A stretch of 64,000 bases of DNA from NCBI RefSeq assembly GCF_009914755.1, contig NC_060948.1; one strand, 5' to 3'. This stretch comes from the human T2T-CHM13v2.0 reference genome, Homo sapiens. The notes under the pieces are model-generated. The model had not been told where the DNA came from. It made no database searches and saw only the letters and a program-made list of their open reading frames with translations. Every line of letters begins with the position of its first letter. The first letter of the stretch is position 1. A program made the translations under genes and the position numbers. Below, piece after piece: positions 42,575 to 57,465 of this stretch.

Positions 42575-45500
42575 GTATGTTGCACAAGTCAAGTGAGCTT
42601 TGTAATTTCCAGACAGATAGGTCGGTTGCTAAGTTTGTCAGAGGGTGTTTAAGCCAGATTCCGGGAATATTTCCTATCTCTACTTGTTTGTCTGGTTGTT
42701 TAATCCAGGCATGTAGGTGCACACTGATAGAAAGTAATGGATTTTCCACACAAGACTGTTTTAGAAACGGGATTACAAGTAAGGAGTTCTCTGAAGGACA
42801 AGATATTTCTGTACAGGAAAGATCTGTGATATTGACCAGGAAGGCCTGGGTAGAAATCCAGATTTCTTGTCATTGATTAATTGTGTAACTGCAGGCAACA
42901 GTACATAGAACCTTTTTTGAGTCTTTGTTTTCCTTGTAAATGGTGATAATATGCTTTCCTGCCAGGTTTCTGTGACTATGTTAGTAGTAGTGCTGCCTTG
43001 CACTTGCTAGACATAGAAGATGATTGACTGCCTGATGTCTGCCTCTGCCCTTAAAACTCCCTCTTCCCTCCCCAGATTTAATGGCTGAAGTTTCAAGGAA
43101 ACTTTCAAGGGAGTTGCTTTCTGTGTGGACAGCACCTTCCATTTTTCTGTGTAGGGAAGACCTCTTTGGAAACCAGGATCACCCTTCAGTCATCCATTCC
43201 TCTTTTCCCTGGATTTAGGGTCATGGGGTGACTTTGTTTTTCACATGACCCAATCACTTACAGTGACCAGATGCCATCTGAATATGAGATGCATTCTGTA
43301 AGTGAATCACAACGTTTCATTGGATGTTGTTTCTACTTAGTTTAACCAGCTTGCCTTTTTCTCTGTTATTTCTCTGGGGGAAACACATTAGAGTCCCTAA
43401 AGGAATTGACAAATATCGGTTGTTTGGTTGTTTCTGACTTATTTGGTCGTGTCCCTTGATGCAGGGTCCATTCTGTTTTTGTGGATTCGCCCACAGGAGG
43501 TACTTTGTTTTAGATGATAGGAACTAGGCCTTGAATCATGCAGTGTGTTCAGTCGCGTAGGGTGTTGGATTCTTTTGTACCTAAAAGGTAGAAAGCACAG
43601 AGGAAATCAAATCTGATGACTGGTTTCTGCTTTTGTATGGAATTTGGATCTCAAGAGACAATGCAGATTGGTAGTCCCTGTGAATTTTTAAGTAGGGGGA
43701 GATGGAGTGGGACAAGGAGATACTGGAGTGTTGTTAATACCTAGTACTGGCCCTACCAGATTGGCCAGCCAGGGTGTAAAAACCTTGTGTCCAGGAGACT
43801 ATCGCATAGTAGCGAGAAGTGCCAAATGGTTGCCCTGGGTTACGGTATTGGCCTTATCCTTGTGTAACAGGTGAGAGACTTGGGAAGTTTTGATTGAGCT
43901 TATTTGTTTGCTGGTTGTTTCTTTGGGCAGCTGGAAGGGAGCATTCCCTGTCACAAACCCCACCCAGTTTAGCTTGGCTTGAGCCAAGGACACAGCGAGT
44001 TCAGAGTGGAGAATCAGAGGCTCCTGGGACGTCAGTTATGTCAGGGACACACCAGGGAGCCTTTTCATAGTTTATTAATCCACCAGGTAGCATAGGTTAG
44101 TGGAGAGACAGAACATCCAAACAGCCCTCCACCCTTGAAAATAAGACTAGAAAAGTGGTATTTTGTGGGTCTTGGGAAAACAGCCTGATGGATTTCAGAC
44201 ATAATATTTCCCCGTAACAACTTGGTATTAGTTGTTGAAGACCAAGGAAATGGAAGTCACTGGATTTAAGAATGGGAGATTAGGTCTGTTTTTGTGGGTG
44301 ATTGCCATTACAGTGGATGGGAGAAAAAGAAAGAGTTTGGGTGAGCCCATGATGAACTTGCACACGAGTAATGGGAACTAAGGCAGTGCCTGTTCCCATT
44401 GTGAGTGGGGGTAGAGAGCACAAGTATCACCTGGAAGATGGCAAAGAAGACAGGGGTTTAGAATATACATCCCCAGCTGTGGTGTGGAGGAAGCACATGT
44501 GGAACAGGGTGATTGAATATTTGGTGGTAGGATAAGGAGATGGTAGCTGCAGATCTTGGTGAAATACATGGATGCTTGAGAGAGTTGTGGATGGAAGGAC
44601 AGTACCTTAATGCTTTGGGTTCAGCTTGCCTTGCAACTTGCAAATAGATGATAAGACAGAAGTAAGTGCTGACTGAAATAGAGGACTGAAACACTGCTCA
44701 AAAGAGTTACAGTAGATGCTGTCTGAATAGTTGGCACAGAAACCTCATTGATACTGGGCAGCTTGTGTTCAGTGATAGGTGTGTATGGGGAGAGGGAGAT
44801 TTCATATTGCAGAAGGTTTATGAACAGGGTCTAGGTGGTGCAGGTTCTGTTTCCTGAAAAGTAGAAAATACTGGTTAAAGAAATCAAAAAGAGAAAATCA
44901 GAGTAACCAACCAAACAGAGACTTGGGTTTATGGATTACCATTCTTGAACGTTGAGAAGACTGAATCTCATAAAGGTGACAGTTATTCTCAAAGTAGAAG
45001 ATACGGGACAGTGACTAGAAAGAGGCAGAAAGAGGGATTTTCTTTTGAGATAGTGGGTGATGTTTGCCCATTTGTTTTAGAGAATTGGAGACTGGTGCAA
45101 AAGGAGATGATCAAGACCATGAGTGGGGAGACTAGTGCCTTTTTGGTGGGCAAGGAAGAAGACAGGTGGAGGGAATAGGCAGTTGAAGTTTAAGTTTCAG
45201 AAAAGATGGAACCTGGGCAGTTAGATCTGTTTCTGAGGGAGGCCAGCTGGGAAAGATTTCATACTAGTTTGTGTAGGTGTTGTACAAAGGGCAGTGGAAA
45301 CTTGAAGCGAAGAGTTTATCTGTGGTTTGAGAGGGACAGCGTAGAATGCTCTCAGGGGAGCCTCACATTTGACATTCATTTTGGAGAATGACAGGAGGCT
45401 TCACCTTGCAGTCAAGATTGTATGGAAAGGGTGTCAATGGGGCAGGCATGTTGTAGTAGGTGGTGATGTAATTACAAATTATGACTGGTCAAGACTGCTG

Positions 45501-45614
45501 AGCAGACAGATGGTAGAGTTGAGGTTTTCTTGTGGTAGAGTGCTATTCAACAGTTAAGAATAAACTTTTTCTCTGTAGTTCTTCTATTAAAATAAATCTG
45601 AAAAAATTCAGTAA

Positions 45615-45960
45615 TTTTTTTGGATACAGGTGTTTTTTGGGTTACATGGATGAATTATCCAGTGGTGAGTTCTGAGATTGTAGTGCACCCATCACCTTAG
45701 TAGTGTACATTGAACATAATGTGTAGTTATTTTTATCCCTGGCCCCCTCCCAACCTCCCTCATCTGGGTCTCTGGCCCCCTCCCAACCTCCCTCGTCTGA
45801 GTCTCTGAAGCCCGTTATATCACTCTGTATGCCTTTGCATACTCATAGCAAGATAGGGGTTTTGGTTTTCCACTCCTGTGTTATTTCACTTTGAATAATG
45901 GCTTCCAGGTCCATCCATGTTGTTGCAAAAGGCATTATTTTGTTCCTTTCAATGGCTGTT
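45615..45960 (-). mobile_element. L1PB/L1MA-like 3'-end fragment in intron 4
   Basis: ggatacaggtgttttttgggttacatggatgaatt...ggcttccaggtccatccatgttgttgcaaaagg; contains a 33-bp tandem duplication. Confidence 0.8.
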
Positions 45961-47576
45961 TTTCTCCAAACTTCTGTCTCTGAGAGTGCTCAGAAACTGA
46001 CACATTCTGGAGGCTACCCTGTCTAAGCATTTTGCTTAGATATGCGTGGCTTACATATACCTAGGCTCAGCTACCTTTTATTTCCGTGGCTCCCAACCCT
46101 CTCCTTTTCTCTCAGACATTTCCTTTTGTCTCAGACATTTTATTATAAGCAGTTGGTTTGGCATCCTTCAGCTCATACTGTTTTGTTTTCATCCATTGTA
46201 TCCTTGCCTTTGTGGCTTTGAGCCTGCCTACTTGCAGGACTCAATCCGAACTCTGATTCCTTTACCACATAGAGGCTGAGCCCCATACTAGGAACTAAGG
46301 ATTGAACTCAGAGCAGTCTCCTGTCTGCTGTCATTGTTGTGCCTTTCTCACTTGCCAGTGGTGACTCAGAGGGCCCTACAGTCTTTGGGAGTCTTGGGGC
46401 TGGAGGACAGAAGGTGATGGGGTGTCACATCTTTAAAATCTGAAGACAGTCTTTTCAGCTGTGGGACAGAGGAAAAATAATTGGTTTTCTGCAGATGTTG
46501 AGGCTACCCCTGTGGTAAGAGGTTTAGCTCAACTGGAAGTTCCCCTCATGATATGGCCAGTCTTACCCTTAGTGAACCTCTAGTTTCCTGGCAGGATGGG
46601 CCTCTACTAAGCGAGAGGACCCAAGATCTAAATCCTGAGCTGTTTTGGCCACATGAAGGTGCATAGGTAATAAAAGTCGTCTGAGGTGGATGTGAGGAAA
46701 GCCTGCTAAAGTTGGCTTTTGCAGGAGCACTCCCACTAATAAAAGTGTTCAAAAGTTTTTAGCCTGCCTTAGTCCTGGTCTTGAAGCACTGGAGACCTGG
46801 TCAGTCAGCTCTGTATAGAGGTTAGACACAGAACTGTTACCCGTTAATGTGCTAGCATGCTTACAGGCATTTCACTCACTTATAGATAGTTGCTAAGTGT
46901 AATCTGTATTTCACAGTCATCTGTGGATGCTTAAAGGACCGACACGCATCGTGAAGCTTGGGTTAACAGTTCCAGACGGAACTATCTCACAGGATGGAGG
47001 GAGGCCACTTGGAACTGGAGGCACCTTTAAAGAAAGAGGCCATGTCTTTTTTCAGAGGGTGTTTCACATGTGCAGTTAAAGGCCGAGGACCTTTGGGCAC
47101 AAGGCTTCAAGTTTGATGTTGTGATATAGCAGTGAACTGCATGGTGCTGTTGCTATCCATGCAGAAACTGTTGGTTAGTGAAAGGATCTGTGGAGGATAT
47201 AGGAGAAGAAAAAGTTTTTACTTGTTTTGTTTTTGCTGTCTTTCTCCTGACTGTCAGCAGTACCTGCTAACTATTTTGACTCCCTTAGCACTGTTCTCAG
47301 CTCAGCTGAGAGAGTACACTGGACAGGATGTACATGAAAAGTGGAGGGCAGCAGGTAGGCTTTGAGGTGTGAATAGGCCTTCTATGAGTTCACAGTCATA
47401 GAACTTGCTTGGACCTGTCTTACCTGGGCTATTTGGAGCTAATGAGCCAGGGTGGAAAAGGGACAAGATTAACTTTCACTGGAAATGTTTTAGAATCACC
47501 CAAGTAGGTTCAGGATGTCACATACAAAAAATGTGGAGGACAGTTGGGTGATAGGAATGCATTCAGCAGGCCGTGA

Positions 47577-47974
<398 letters not shown>

Positions 47975-49754
47975 CAGAGGGTTTCTTATATCTAGCGTGG
48001 AGTAGAGCTGGAGAGATTGAAAATGCCCACTAGTAGCCCTAGGTTGGTTAAAGTAACACTGCATTAGTAAGTGGTCACTGGATTGGTACTGATGATTGGA
48101 TAGCACATTTTAAAGGTAAAGTGCAAGTTACTCTTTTAAATGAGGATGGAAGAGTGAAGTTGACAGATTGTTTTTAAGTCTGGCTCCACTGGTTGCAGAA
48201 TGTATACTGAGTGGTGTAATCTTTCTTATGGTTTGGTCCCAGGGCTTCGGGAGGTATAAGGGGAAAATGTGTTTTCTCTGTCTGCTTACTCAGCACCTCT
48301 AGCCTTACTTACCGTAGACTCAAACAAACCTGGAATCTTAGCCCACTGCTTTGGTGCTTATGGACTATAGCTTCGTACTTTTCCACTTTAGATTAGAGGG
48401 CAAAGAGAAGAATGGGCTTTGATAGGCATATTATACCCCATCCACATGTATTCACCCTGAGGTTGGGCAGGTTAGTATCCCTCTGTGCCCTTGTTATATC
48501 ATTTATTGTCTGAGGCAGTTCTGCTTGGCTGCTTAGTGAACCTCCTTTCAGTACCCTGGACACTCTGTGTCTGTGTCCATATTCTCCCTCTGCCTCATCT
48601 CACGTAAGTATTTTGCCTACTGTAGCACCACAGCTTGATGATTTTCTGTTCTGGTACATAACCTTATCTGCTGAATTTGGTTGCATATTGGATCTGTCTT
48701 CTCTTATGGGGATGTTTATACCTGATTGGAAGGAATGTGCCAAGTTGTATTCAGTGTCTTAATGACAGCACCCCCTACCCTGCCTCTGCACACATTCACA
48801 TTACCTTCATTACACTTGTTTATGGATGGCCAAGTACTTACATCGCTGGGTGGTGGGGCCATTCCTATAGTCACCTTGGTTTGCACTGTGTTTGGTTTGC
48901 TCTCCTTCTGCCACCATTCACTCCCTCCAAGTTCCATCCAAACTTTCAAAGGGCTTCTGTCCTGCTGTGCCTTACTATGACAGGCAGTAGAACAAAAGTT
49001 TTACACACTGTGGCCTTTTTGTTTGTATGCAAGCAGGTTTCTGATGTATTGTCCTTTAGGGCCAAGTTCTGGACCCAAAGGCATTCCTAAAGTTAATTTG
49101 GGGGTGGTACACACAGTGGCAGGGCAGCCGGAAAGGAGGATGTGGTTTTCCTTTTCCTTTTGGAAGAAAAGGGCTCAGTCAGCCTAATTGTCCCTTGAAG
49201 TGCTTCCAACTTTTCTTTTAAGAGCTTTAATTGGTATGTTTGCATGCAGCATCTGGGAGTTTCTTCAATTTCTACATTTATGTTTGACTTCTGAATTATA
49301 GTCTCTGAAGTTTTCAGTTGGTTGGTCCAGTAGGCAGTTCTGATCAGGGAACTTACGCAGCTTTCAATTCTTTGCTTAACTCACTGGCCAGGAAAGCTGG
49401 AAATGATCTTGAGTTTCTATTAGTAGTGGTGGTAAATATGAGGTGGTGGTGGCAAACAAACTGAACACTCATTGGAGAATGCCTGGAGGGGTGTGTCAAC
49501 TGTGAAGTTTTGATTTGAAGAGCGTGCTCTCATTAGATTGACTGCATAGGATCCAGGCCTTAACATGGATAAGTGGGCTTGGATATGCCAGGCTGATGAA
49601 TTCCAGATTTACCTTAACTGGGGAGTTAATGTGGCCTAAGTTCCACATGTGGAATAGGAGCCTTTGTCACCTTTTTGGACTGCTGGCTTATATTAAATGG
49701 CCTCACATCTCCATAGCACCTTGAATGGTGTTAAATCTATAGTAGCAGCAGAAA

Positions 49755-49870
49755 TAATATTAGCTGACATTTACTGCTTTGCCAGGTCCTTTATGTTCCA
49801 TTATCTCATAAATTTATAAGATGTAGTAGTGTGCAATAATTATTCCCATCTTGCACCTCTGAAGCTTAAG
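49755..49870. mobile_element. MIR-like fragment
   Basis: tagctgacatttactg...cattatctcat...attattcccatcttgca...tgaagcttaa. Confidence 0.55.
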
Positions 49871-50667
49871 GGGACAGTATTTCAACTTCGGCCTTTTTTA
49901 TAGGAGAATGAGCCAAGCTCTGGTTACTTTACTTACTGTGTCTCTTTCCACACCTCCTAGGCAGGTTAAAAGCAGTGATAAGAGAGAAGCTGGCAAACCT
50001 AGTTAGTCCTGAGAGCCCAAAGATACGGGAGAGAGGAAATGCAGCAGCTGATTAAAAAACAAAAAAGTGGCTCCTCGAGTTCATTTATTGTACAGTTTCT
50101 GGAGTATTTCTGTCATCTTTTCAGGGAGTTTTTCTGTCATCTGGCACTCTGTTTGTCCTTGTCATTTTCATATTTACCCAGAATTTGTCCTGAGACTTCA
50201 GAGGACTGTACTCAGTTTAAATGTGGAGTTTTTAATATCTTTTAACTTTTATAAGCTTTTTCTCCCAACAAAGCTGAAAGAAAACCCACTTTGTCACTTC
50301 TGAGCGGTGACAGTCCATGGGGAGCCTGTGGTATGTAGGATGGGCATTGGCAACCATAAATGGATTATGTTTGTTTGAGATTACATAGTGTACCATTTGA
50401 ATCTCCTGAAAATTGCTTCTGGAACAAAATGGGGCTTGGATAACTCTTGGGCTGATACATGTACTTGGTATGAGACATTTTGAACTCCTCCTGCTGATAG
50501 ATGTCACGAGCAACACCAGAGTGGTAAGTGTTAAACAAGGAATAAAGCAAGTAGTTAATGGGTTGTGCCATTTAAAAATGAGATGAGGAAGAGCAGCATT
50601 GTGTACAGAAAGCATGTAGCTGGCCGAGACAGCTGTTTTACCTAACCTGGTCATAAAAGCCTCATGA

Positions 50668-50961
<294 letters not shown>

Positions 50962-51431
50962 AAAAGCCACATGTTCTTAGCAGTTCTTAGTAGTGGTAGA
51001 GTTAAGTTTGTCTCTGGGGCTCTTTGTTACCACCGCTCCAGAGTTGCCCATTGAGGACTATCAATTGGAAATATGTCCCTGAGGAAAAAATGATATACCA
51101 GTTGATTGTGTGTTACCACTCAGATACACAGGCAACAGGCTTTTAGCCTGTGATAAAGGACCAGAGGTTAGTTCAGCTGAGCACTCTTCCAGCAGCCACC
51201 AGAGGGTTCTGAAACAGATTCCCCCTTGGCAAGGTTTCCCAAATGTCTAAATTACTAAATCAGTATGGGAGATCATCAGCTCTGTGACTGGTTAATATAG
51301 TTTTTCCCAAGAGCACTCCTTCTCTGACCGAGGAAATGCTGGAAATCGATGGGATAAGTAATGTCTGGGTGACTGCTTTAGGCTGGCTTTGTGTTTACAT
51401 ATTGAATTGATTTTCCTTGCTGTGTTTATAG

Positions 51432-51603
51432 TACAAGTTGTGCAAAGTGAGGAAGATTACTGTGGGAGTGAAGGGAATCCCTCACCTGGTGACTCATGAT
51501 GCTCGAACCATCCGCTACCCAGATCCTGTCATCAAGGTGAACGATACTGTGCAGATTGATTTAGGGACTGGCAAGATAATCAACTTTATCAAATTTGATA
51601 CAG
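51432..51603 (+). CDS. RPS4Y1: RPS4Y1 exon 5 ([32 protein letters not shown]...FIKFDT)
   Basis: tttatag|TAC...ACAG|gtaagt; 172 nt. Confidence 0.98.
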
Positions 51604-52970
51604 GTAAGTTTTTTTTTTCCCTTGTGTTGTCTGCCACCTCCCTCTTTGTCTTTTCTTTTTCTTTCTATTTTATTCTTCTGTTTTGTCTGTACACCCATTA
51701 TGATTAGAGAGAACTAAAACACATTTGGTTTTCTCTAAGAGCATATTGTGTCATGGTCTCTTGGGTTTGCAGTGGGTTCTTGATGTTGAGTAGAGGTGTG
51801 ATGTCCCTTTGGGCTATCTCCAGTAGCCCAGCCTCATTCAAGAATGTAAACCATAGCTATGTAAACTCTGTGTCCATTCTGTTTGTCAGAAGAGGGGAAC
51901 TTTGTTTTAAATGCGATAAAGTTTAGCTGTGTTCCTTGAGGTGAAGGGCTGAAGTTGTCCAGATAATCTTAAGCTAGTGATGAGAAAAAGATGTGTCTAC
52001 AGCTTTGTTTCTCCTCCCTACACCTCAGGCTCTGACTCCTGACAGGTTTATACCCAAGTGCTTGCTAATACCTGATCAGCTAAGGAAGTAAAATATTTTG
52101 CCTGACTTGTTTTAACAGAAATTTTTAGACATGCAGAAACACTGAAAGAATAGGTCAGGGACAACAAACAATGGCAACTCCTTTTGTGCCATTCTTCAGT
52201 GACTTTTTTTCTGTTGCTTTTTTTGATTTTGTTCTGTTGCTTATCTGCCCTCCCTGTTTACCTGCTTATGGCACCCCCGCAGTCCTCACTTGGACTCTGA
52301 TTTAAGACCTAGCCAAAGTCCTCAGTTGCCTTGGTGTTTGAACCTAGGCTGGCTGTCTTGAGTTGAGTACTCCACAGGCTAGGGTTGTCTGATTGTTTGA
52401 CCACTATGACCTTGTACCTGTGCTGCCTGCACTTCTGTTATTTACTGTTGACCTGAAAATTTTAGCCAAGAATGTTTGTTTCTTCGCTGTGAAAGTTGAG
52501 AGGGCTTCCCATTAGGGGAAAATATTGAGAGGGGATATTAAACAGGATGTGTCATGCTTGTGATACCTAAACCTGTTGTTTGATTTCAGTGTGACCACAG
52601 AGATAACCAGATATCATGCACCTCCTAGTAATAGCAGGAAGTAATAGCAGGAATACTTACATTCAGGAAGTATTCTTGTCAAAGAATGAAGACAAACTTG
52701 GGTAAAGGGACAAAGGAAAAAATGTATATATTGGAACACACTTAAGAAACATTTGCGGAGTTACTTAGATTTTCGAGTGGCTTGTGAGAATATTTCAGGT
52801 TCTAATGATTTGGTACTGGCCATTTGTTTCTAAGTGATCCAGCGCAGGACTGCATAGGTAAAGATGAATCAAAGCTGGCCAGGAGTTTAAAAATGTTACG
52901 AAGCTGGAGAGTGGGTAGGTAGGAGCATCTTATGCTTGTCTCTCAAACGTTTGCATACCTTTGAGAATAA

Positions 52971-53268
<298 letters not shown>

Positions 53269-53394
53269 GAGAATAATTTTTAAAATGGATGTGGACTTCT
53301 TATCTCCAATGAAATGATATGTTGTATCTCATTTGTTTATTAAATCAAATTCCCAGTTAAAATTCAACAGATTTTTTTTTCTCCCCCACCTAAC

Positions 53395-53674
53395 TTGTTT
53401 GTTTTTGTTTTGTTTTGTTTTTGGGGGAGTTTTGTTTCATTTTGCTTTCAGACAGTCTTGCTCTGTTGACCAGGCTGGTGTGCAGTGGTACAGTCTCGGC
53501 TCACTGCAACCTCCGCTTCCTGGGTTCAAGTGATTCTACTGCCTCAGCCTCCCAAGTAGAGACAGGGTTTCACCATGTTGGTCAGGCTGGTTTCAAACTT
53601 CTGACCTCAGGTGATCCACCTGCATCGGCCTCCCACAGTGCTGGGATTACAGGTGTGAGCGACCGCCCTGGCCC
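53395..53674 (-). mobile_element. Alu (AluS) with central deletion
   Basis: cccaagtag joins directly to agacagggtttc; the linker is missing. Confidence 0.9.
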
Positions 53675-54257
53675 TAACTTTATTTGAAATATATATCCCT
53701 TTGTCTTACACAAACATGCTTGGTATTAATTTTTTTGCTTATTTGTTTATTACTTACTAGTTTACTTAGTTTAGTCCTGGGAGTGTACATAAAATAATCT
53801 CAGAATGACAAAGCCAATATTCCTAGTAACAAGAAACCCACTGAGTGAGGGCAAAGGTTTTTTTGTAGTTCTTGGTTTGTTTGGTTTTAAATGCTTAAAT
53901 AATTTTTAATTGTGGTTTCAAAAAAAAAAAGATACGTCAGAGATTTACCACCTTAACCATTTTTAAGTGTACAGTTCGTTAGTGTTGTTAACTATATTCA
54001 CATTCTTATGTGGCAGATCTCCAGAACTCTTTCATCTTGTTAAACTGAAACTATGTGCTTTAACCAACTTTGCCACTTTCTCCTTTCTACAACCTCTGAC
54101 AACCACCATACCACTCTGCTTCTGTGAATTTGACTCTTTTGGGTGGTGTCTTAATAAGTGGAATTGATAGTGTTTGTCCTTTTCGACTAGTTAACTTTGC
54201 TTGGCGTCATGTCCTCAGGGTTCATCCATGTTGTGGCATGTGAAAGTATTTCTTTCC

Positions 54258-54549
54258 TCTTTTTTTGAAAGAGTTTCACTCTTGTCGCCCAGGCTGGAGT
54301 GCAGTGACTTTATCTCCGCTCACTGCAACCTCCATCTCCTGGTTTCGAGTGATTCTCCTACCTCAGCCTCCTGAGTAGCTAAGATTTCTGGCACCCATCA
54401 CCACACTCAGCTGATTTTTGTATTTTTAGTAGAGATGGGGTTTCGCCATGTTGGCCAGGCTGGAGTCAAAACCCTTGACCTCAGGTGATCCACCCTCTTT
54501 GGCCTCCCAAAGTGCTGGGATTACAGGCGTGAGCCACCGCACTTGGCCA
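54258..54549 (-). mobile_element. Alu (AluSq/Sx-like)
   Basis: Dimer; TSD agtatttc.ttcctcttt. Confidence 0.93.
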
Positions 54550-56760
54550 GTATTTCCTTCCTCTTTCTAAGGCAGAGTAATACTCAGTTGGGTGTGTATA
54601 CCACATTTTGTTTATCCATTCCTCTGTGGATGGACATTTGGGTTGTCTCCACCTCTTGGCTACTGTGAGTAATGCTGCTGGGGACACAGCGGTGCAGACA
54701 ACTCTTCCAGATCCTGCTGGATGTTTTTGTATACACACTTAGAAGTGGCATTGCTGGATGAGATAGTTTTGAAATTTTTGAGAAACCATTGTGCGGTTTT
54801 TTTATAGCAGCCTTGCCATTTTACATTCTTACCAACAGTGTAGAAGAATTTCAGTTTCTTCACATTCCTTCCCACACTTTGCTGTTGTTTGCTTTTTATA
54901 TATTTTCTTTTTTTTTTTCTCGTGGCTATCCTGGTAGGTATGAGGTCATATCTCATTATTATTTTTTTAAATTTGGAGTTCTGTGATGAGTAGAGATGTT
55001 GAACATCTTTTTGAGTGTTTGTATGTCTTTGGAGAAAGGTTTTATTCATGTCCTTTGTCCAGTATTTAGCTAGGTTGTTTCTGGTATTGTGGAGTTGTAG
55101 GACATCTTTAGATAGTATCAGATGTAAGATTTGTGGATGTTTTTTCCCATTCCATAGGTTGCCTTTTCACCCTTACTGATTGTTTCTTTTGGTTGGCAGG
55201 CATTTTTAAATTTGTCAGGTTTTGCTTTTGGTGTCATGTCCAGGAAATTATATCTCTTATGTCATGAAGCTTGTGGTCTCTGTGTTTGTCTTTGGAGCTT
55301 TACAGTTCAAGGCCTTACGTTTAATCTGTTTAGAGCTGGTTTTTGTATATGGTGTAATGTAAGGTATTCTCATGTTGTTTCTTTACATGGGGACGTAGAT
55401 TTACCAGCACCACTTGTTGAAGTGACTGTCTTTTCTCCATTGAGAGGTCTGGGCACCCTTGTTGAAGATCATTTGGCCATATATGCTTGGGTTTATTTCT
55501 GGGCTCTATTTTCTTCCTTTGGTCTGTTTGCCTGTCTTTTATGCCAGTATCACACTGTTGAATTACTGTCATTTTGTATTTTGTTTTCAAATTAGGAAGT
55601 GTGTTATCCAAGTGAGTCAACCATGCTCAACTTCGGTTTTGTCAGTTTTTGTTAATCTGTTTTAAAATATCAACCCTTAGTTTTTTTTCTTTTTTCTTAC
55701 TGTTTTTTTCTTTTATGTCTGCTCTGGTCTTATTTAATTTTCTTCCTTCTGCCAACCTTGGGTTTATTCTGTTTTTCTAGTTCCTTGTAATGTAGTTAGG
55801 CTATTCATTTGAGGTCTTTCTTCTGTTGTAACATAAGCATTTTTGAGCTGCCTTGTCTTGTGTGACAATTTTTGACTTATAGTCTATTTTGTCTGACCCA
55901 AGTTTGGTCACCCCTGCTCTCTTTTGCTTACTATTTGCCTGGAACATCAACTTCAGCACTTCACTTTCAGCCTGTGTGTGTCGTTAAATCTGAAACCGGT
56001 CTTTTGTTAACAGCATATAGTTGTAACTTGACTGGTTGGTTGGCTGGTTTTATTCATTTAGCTAGTCTGTGTCCTTAGATTGGGGTGAGGAGTTAATCTG
56101 TTTTACAGTCAAAATAGTTGCTGTTAAGGAAGGCATTAGTTAGTATAGCTCTGTTGTTAATTATTTTCAGTATGTTCTGTAGCTATTTTATACCTATTTT
56201 TTCTCCCTTATTACCTGCCTTTTTGTGCTCTGCTGCTCTTTACTTTTTATAGTGACAAAAAATAAAAGAACACTTTGAATCCTTTCTGATTTTGTGTGTC
56301 TTCCATGGTTATTTTCTTTGTGGTTACCAAGGGGATTACATAAATTATCTTAAAGTGAAAACAGTCTGTTTTCAACTGTTACCTTCAGTTGCATCTCCAT
56401 ATCCCCTCAGACAAATTTTGTTATTGATGGCACACATGAATGTTTTTCTATTGTGTATCCTTTTACCATTGGTTTATGGTTATTGATGTGCTTTTGTGTT
56501 TTAAGTTCTATACCAGACTTAAAAGTGATTTATACACCTTTGTGATCTAGGATTCTCTATTTGTCTGTATATTTACCTTTATCAGAAAGCTTTATATTTT
56601 CTTTCTTTCTTTCTTTTTTTCATATGGTTTTGTGTCTGACATCCTTTTGTTTCATCCTGAAGTGCTTTTCTTCAGCATTTCTCGTAAGGCCAGCCTAGTG
56701 GCTTTTGCTTACCTTGGAAGGTCTTATTTTTTCTTTCATTTTGAAAGTTATGGTATTCTT

Positions 56761-57465
56761 GTGAGGACTAAACCCTGATGATTATCTTACCCAAATCCCT
56801 ATCTAAGGGATCTGGAGAGTTACGCCCTACAAATGAGCATGACTCATCATCAGATGGGTTTTATTTAACCCTATATTTCATGACTTACTTTCCAGTCTGA
56901 CTCTGGGATAACATTACGAGACAATGAAGAAAATAAAAATATTTTACCCCAAAACATGTTTGCCATATTTTGAAATGGACTTGCAAAGCTGCTCTTCGTG
57001 GGAGTGGAGGAGAAATCTGCATCTGTAAAGAATCTCTATTAAAATAGATAAATCTTTTTCTTCCAGACCCTCCCAATCCTAAAGAGATAAACTAAAATCT
57101 GAATAAGAAACATTGGTCATTTATTGTCTCTAAGGGCAACCACTTCCCTAAGACTTCAGAAGAACTTCAGTCTCCATCATCTTTTATCTTAACCTGAGCA
57201 TTCCCTTTCCCTTCTTACCAATCCCAGGCAAACTCAACCGTCAACCAGAAAATGTTTAAATTCACCAATAGACTGGACCTGATAACCCCCCAACCCTGCC
57301 CTTTCTTGACCAAACCAGTGTATTTCTTAAATGTATTTGATTGATGCCTCATGCCTCTCTAAAATGTATAAAACCAAGCTGTGCCCTGACCACCTTGGTT
57401 ACATGTTCTCAGGGCCTCCTCTTGAGGGTTGTGTCATGGGCCATGGTCGCTCATATTTGGCTCTT
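56761..57465 (+). mobile_element. MER4-family (MER4D/E-like) solo LTR, sense to RPS4Y1
   Basis: tgaggactaaac...cccaaatccctatctaaggg...aaaatgtataaaaccaagctgtgccctgaccaccttgg...gctcatatttggctc. Confidence 0.75.

Noticed and set aside
52627-52676. 13-bp tandem repeat plus 8-bp hairpin (gaatactt/aagtattc) in intron 5
   Set aside because: Too short to distinguish from ordinary slippage in an old repeat remnant.
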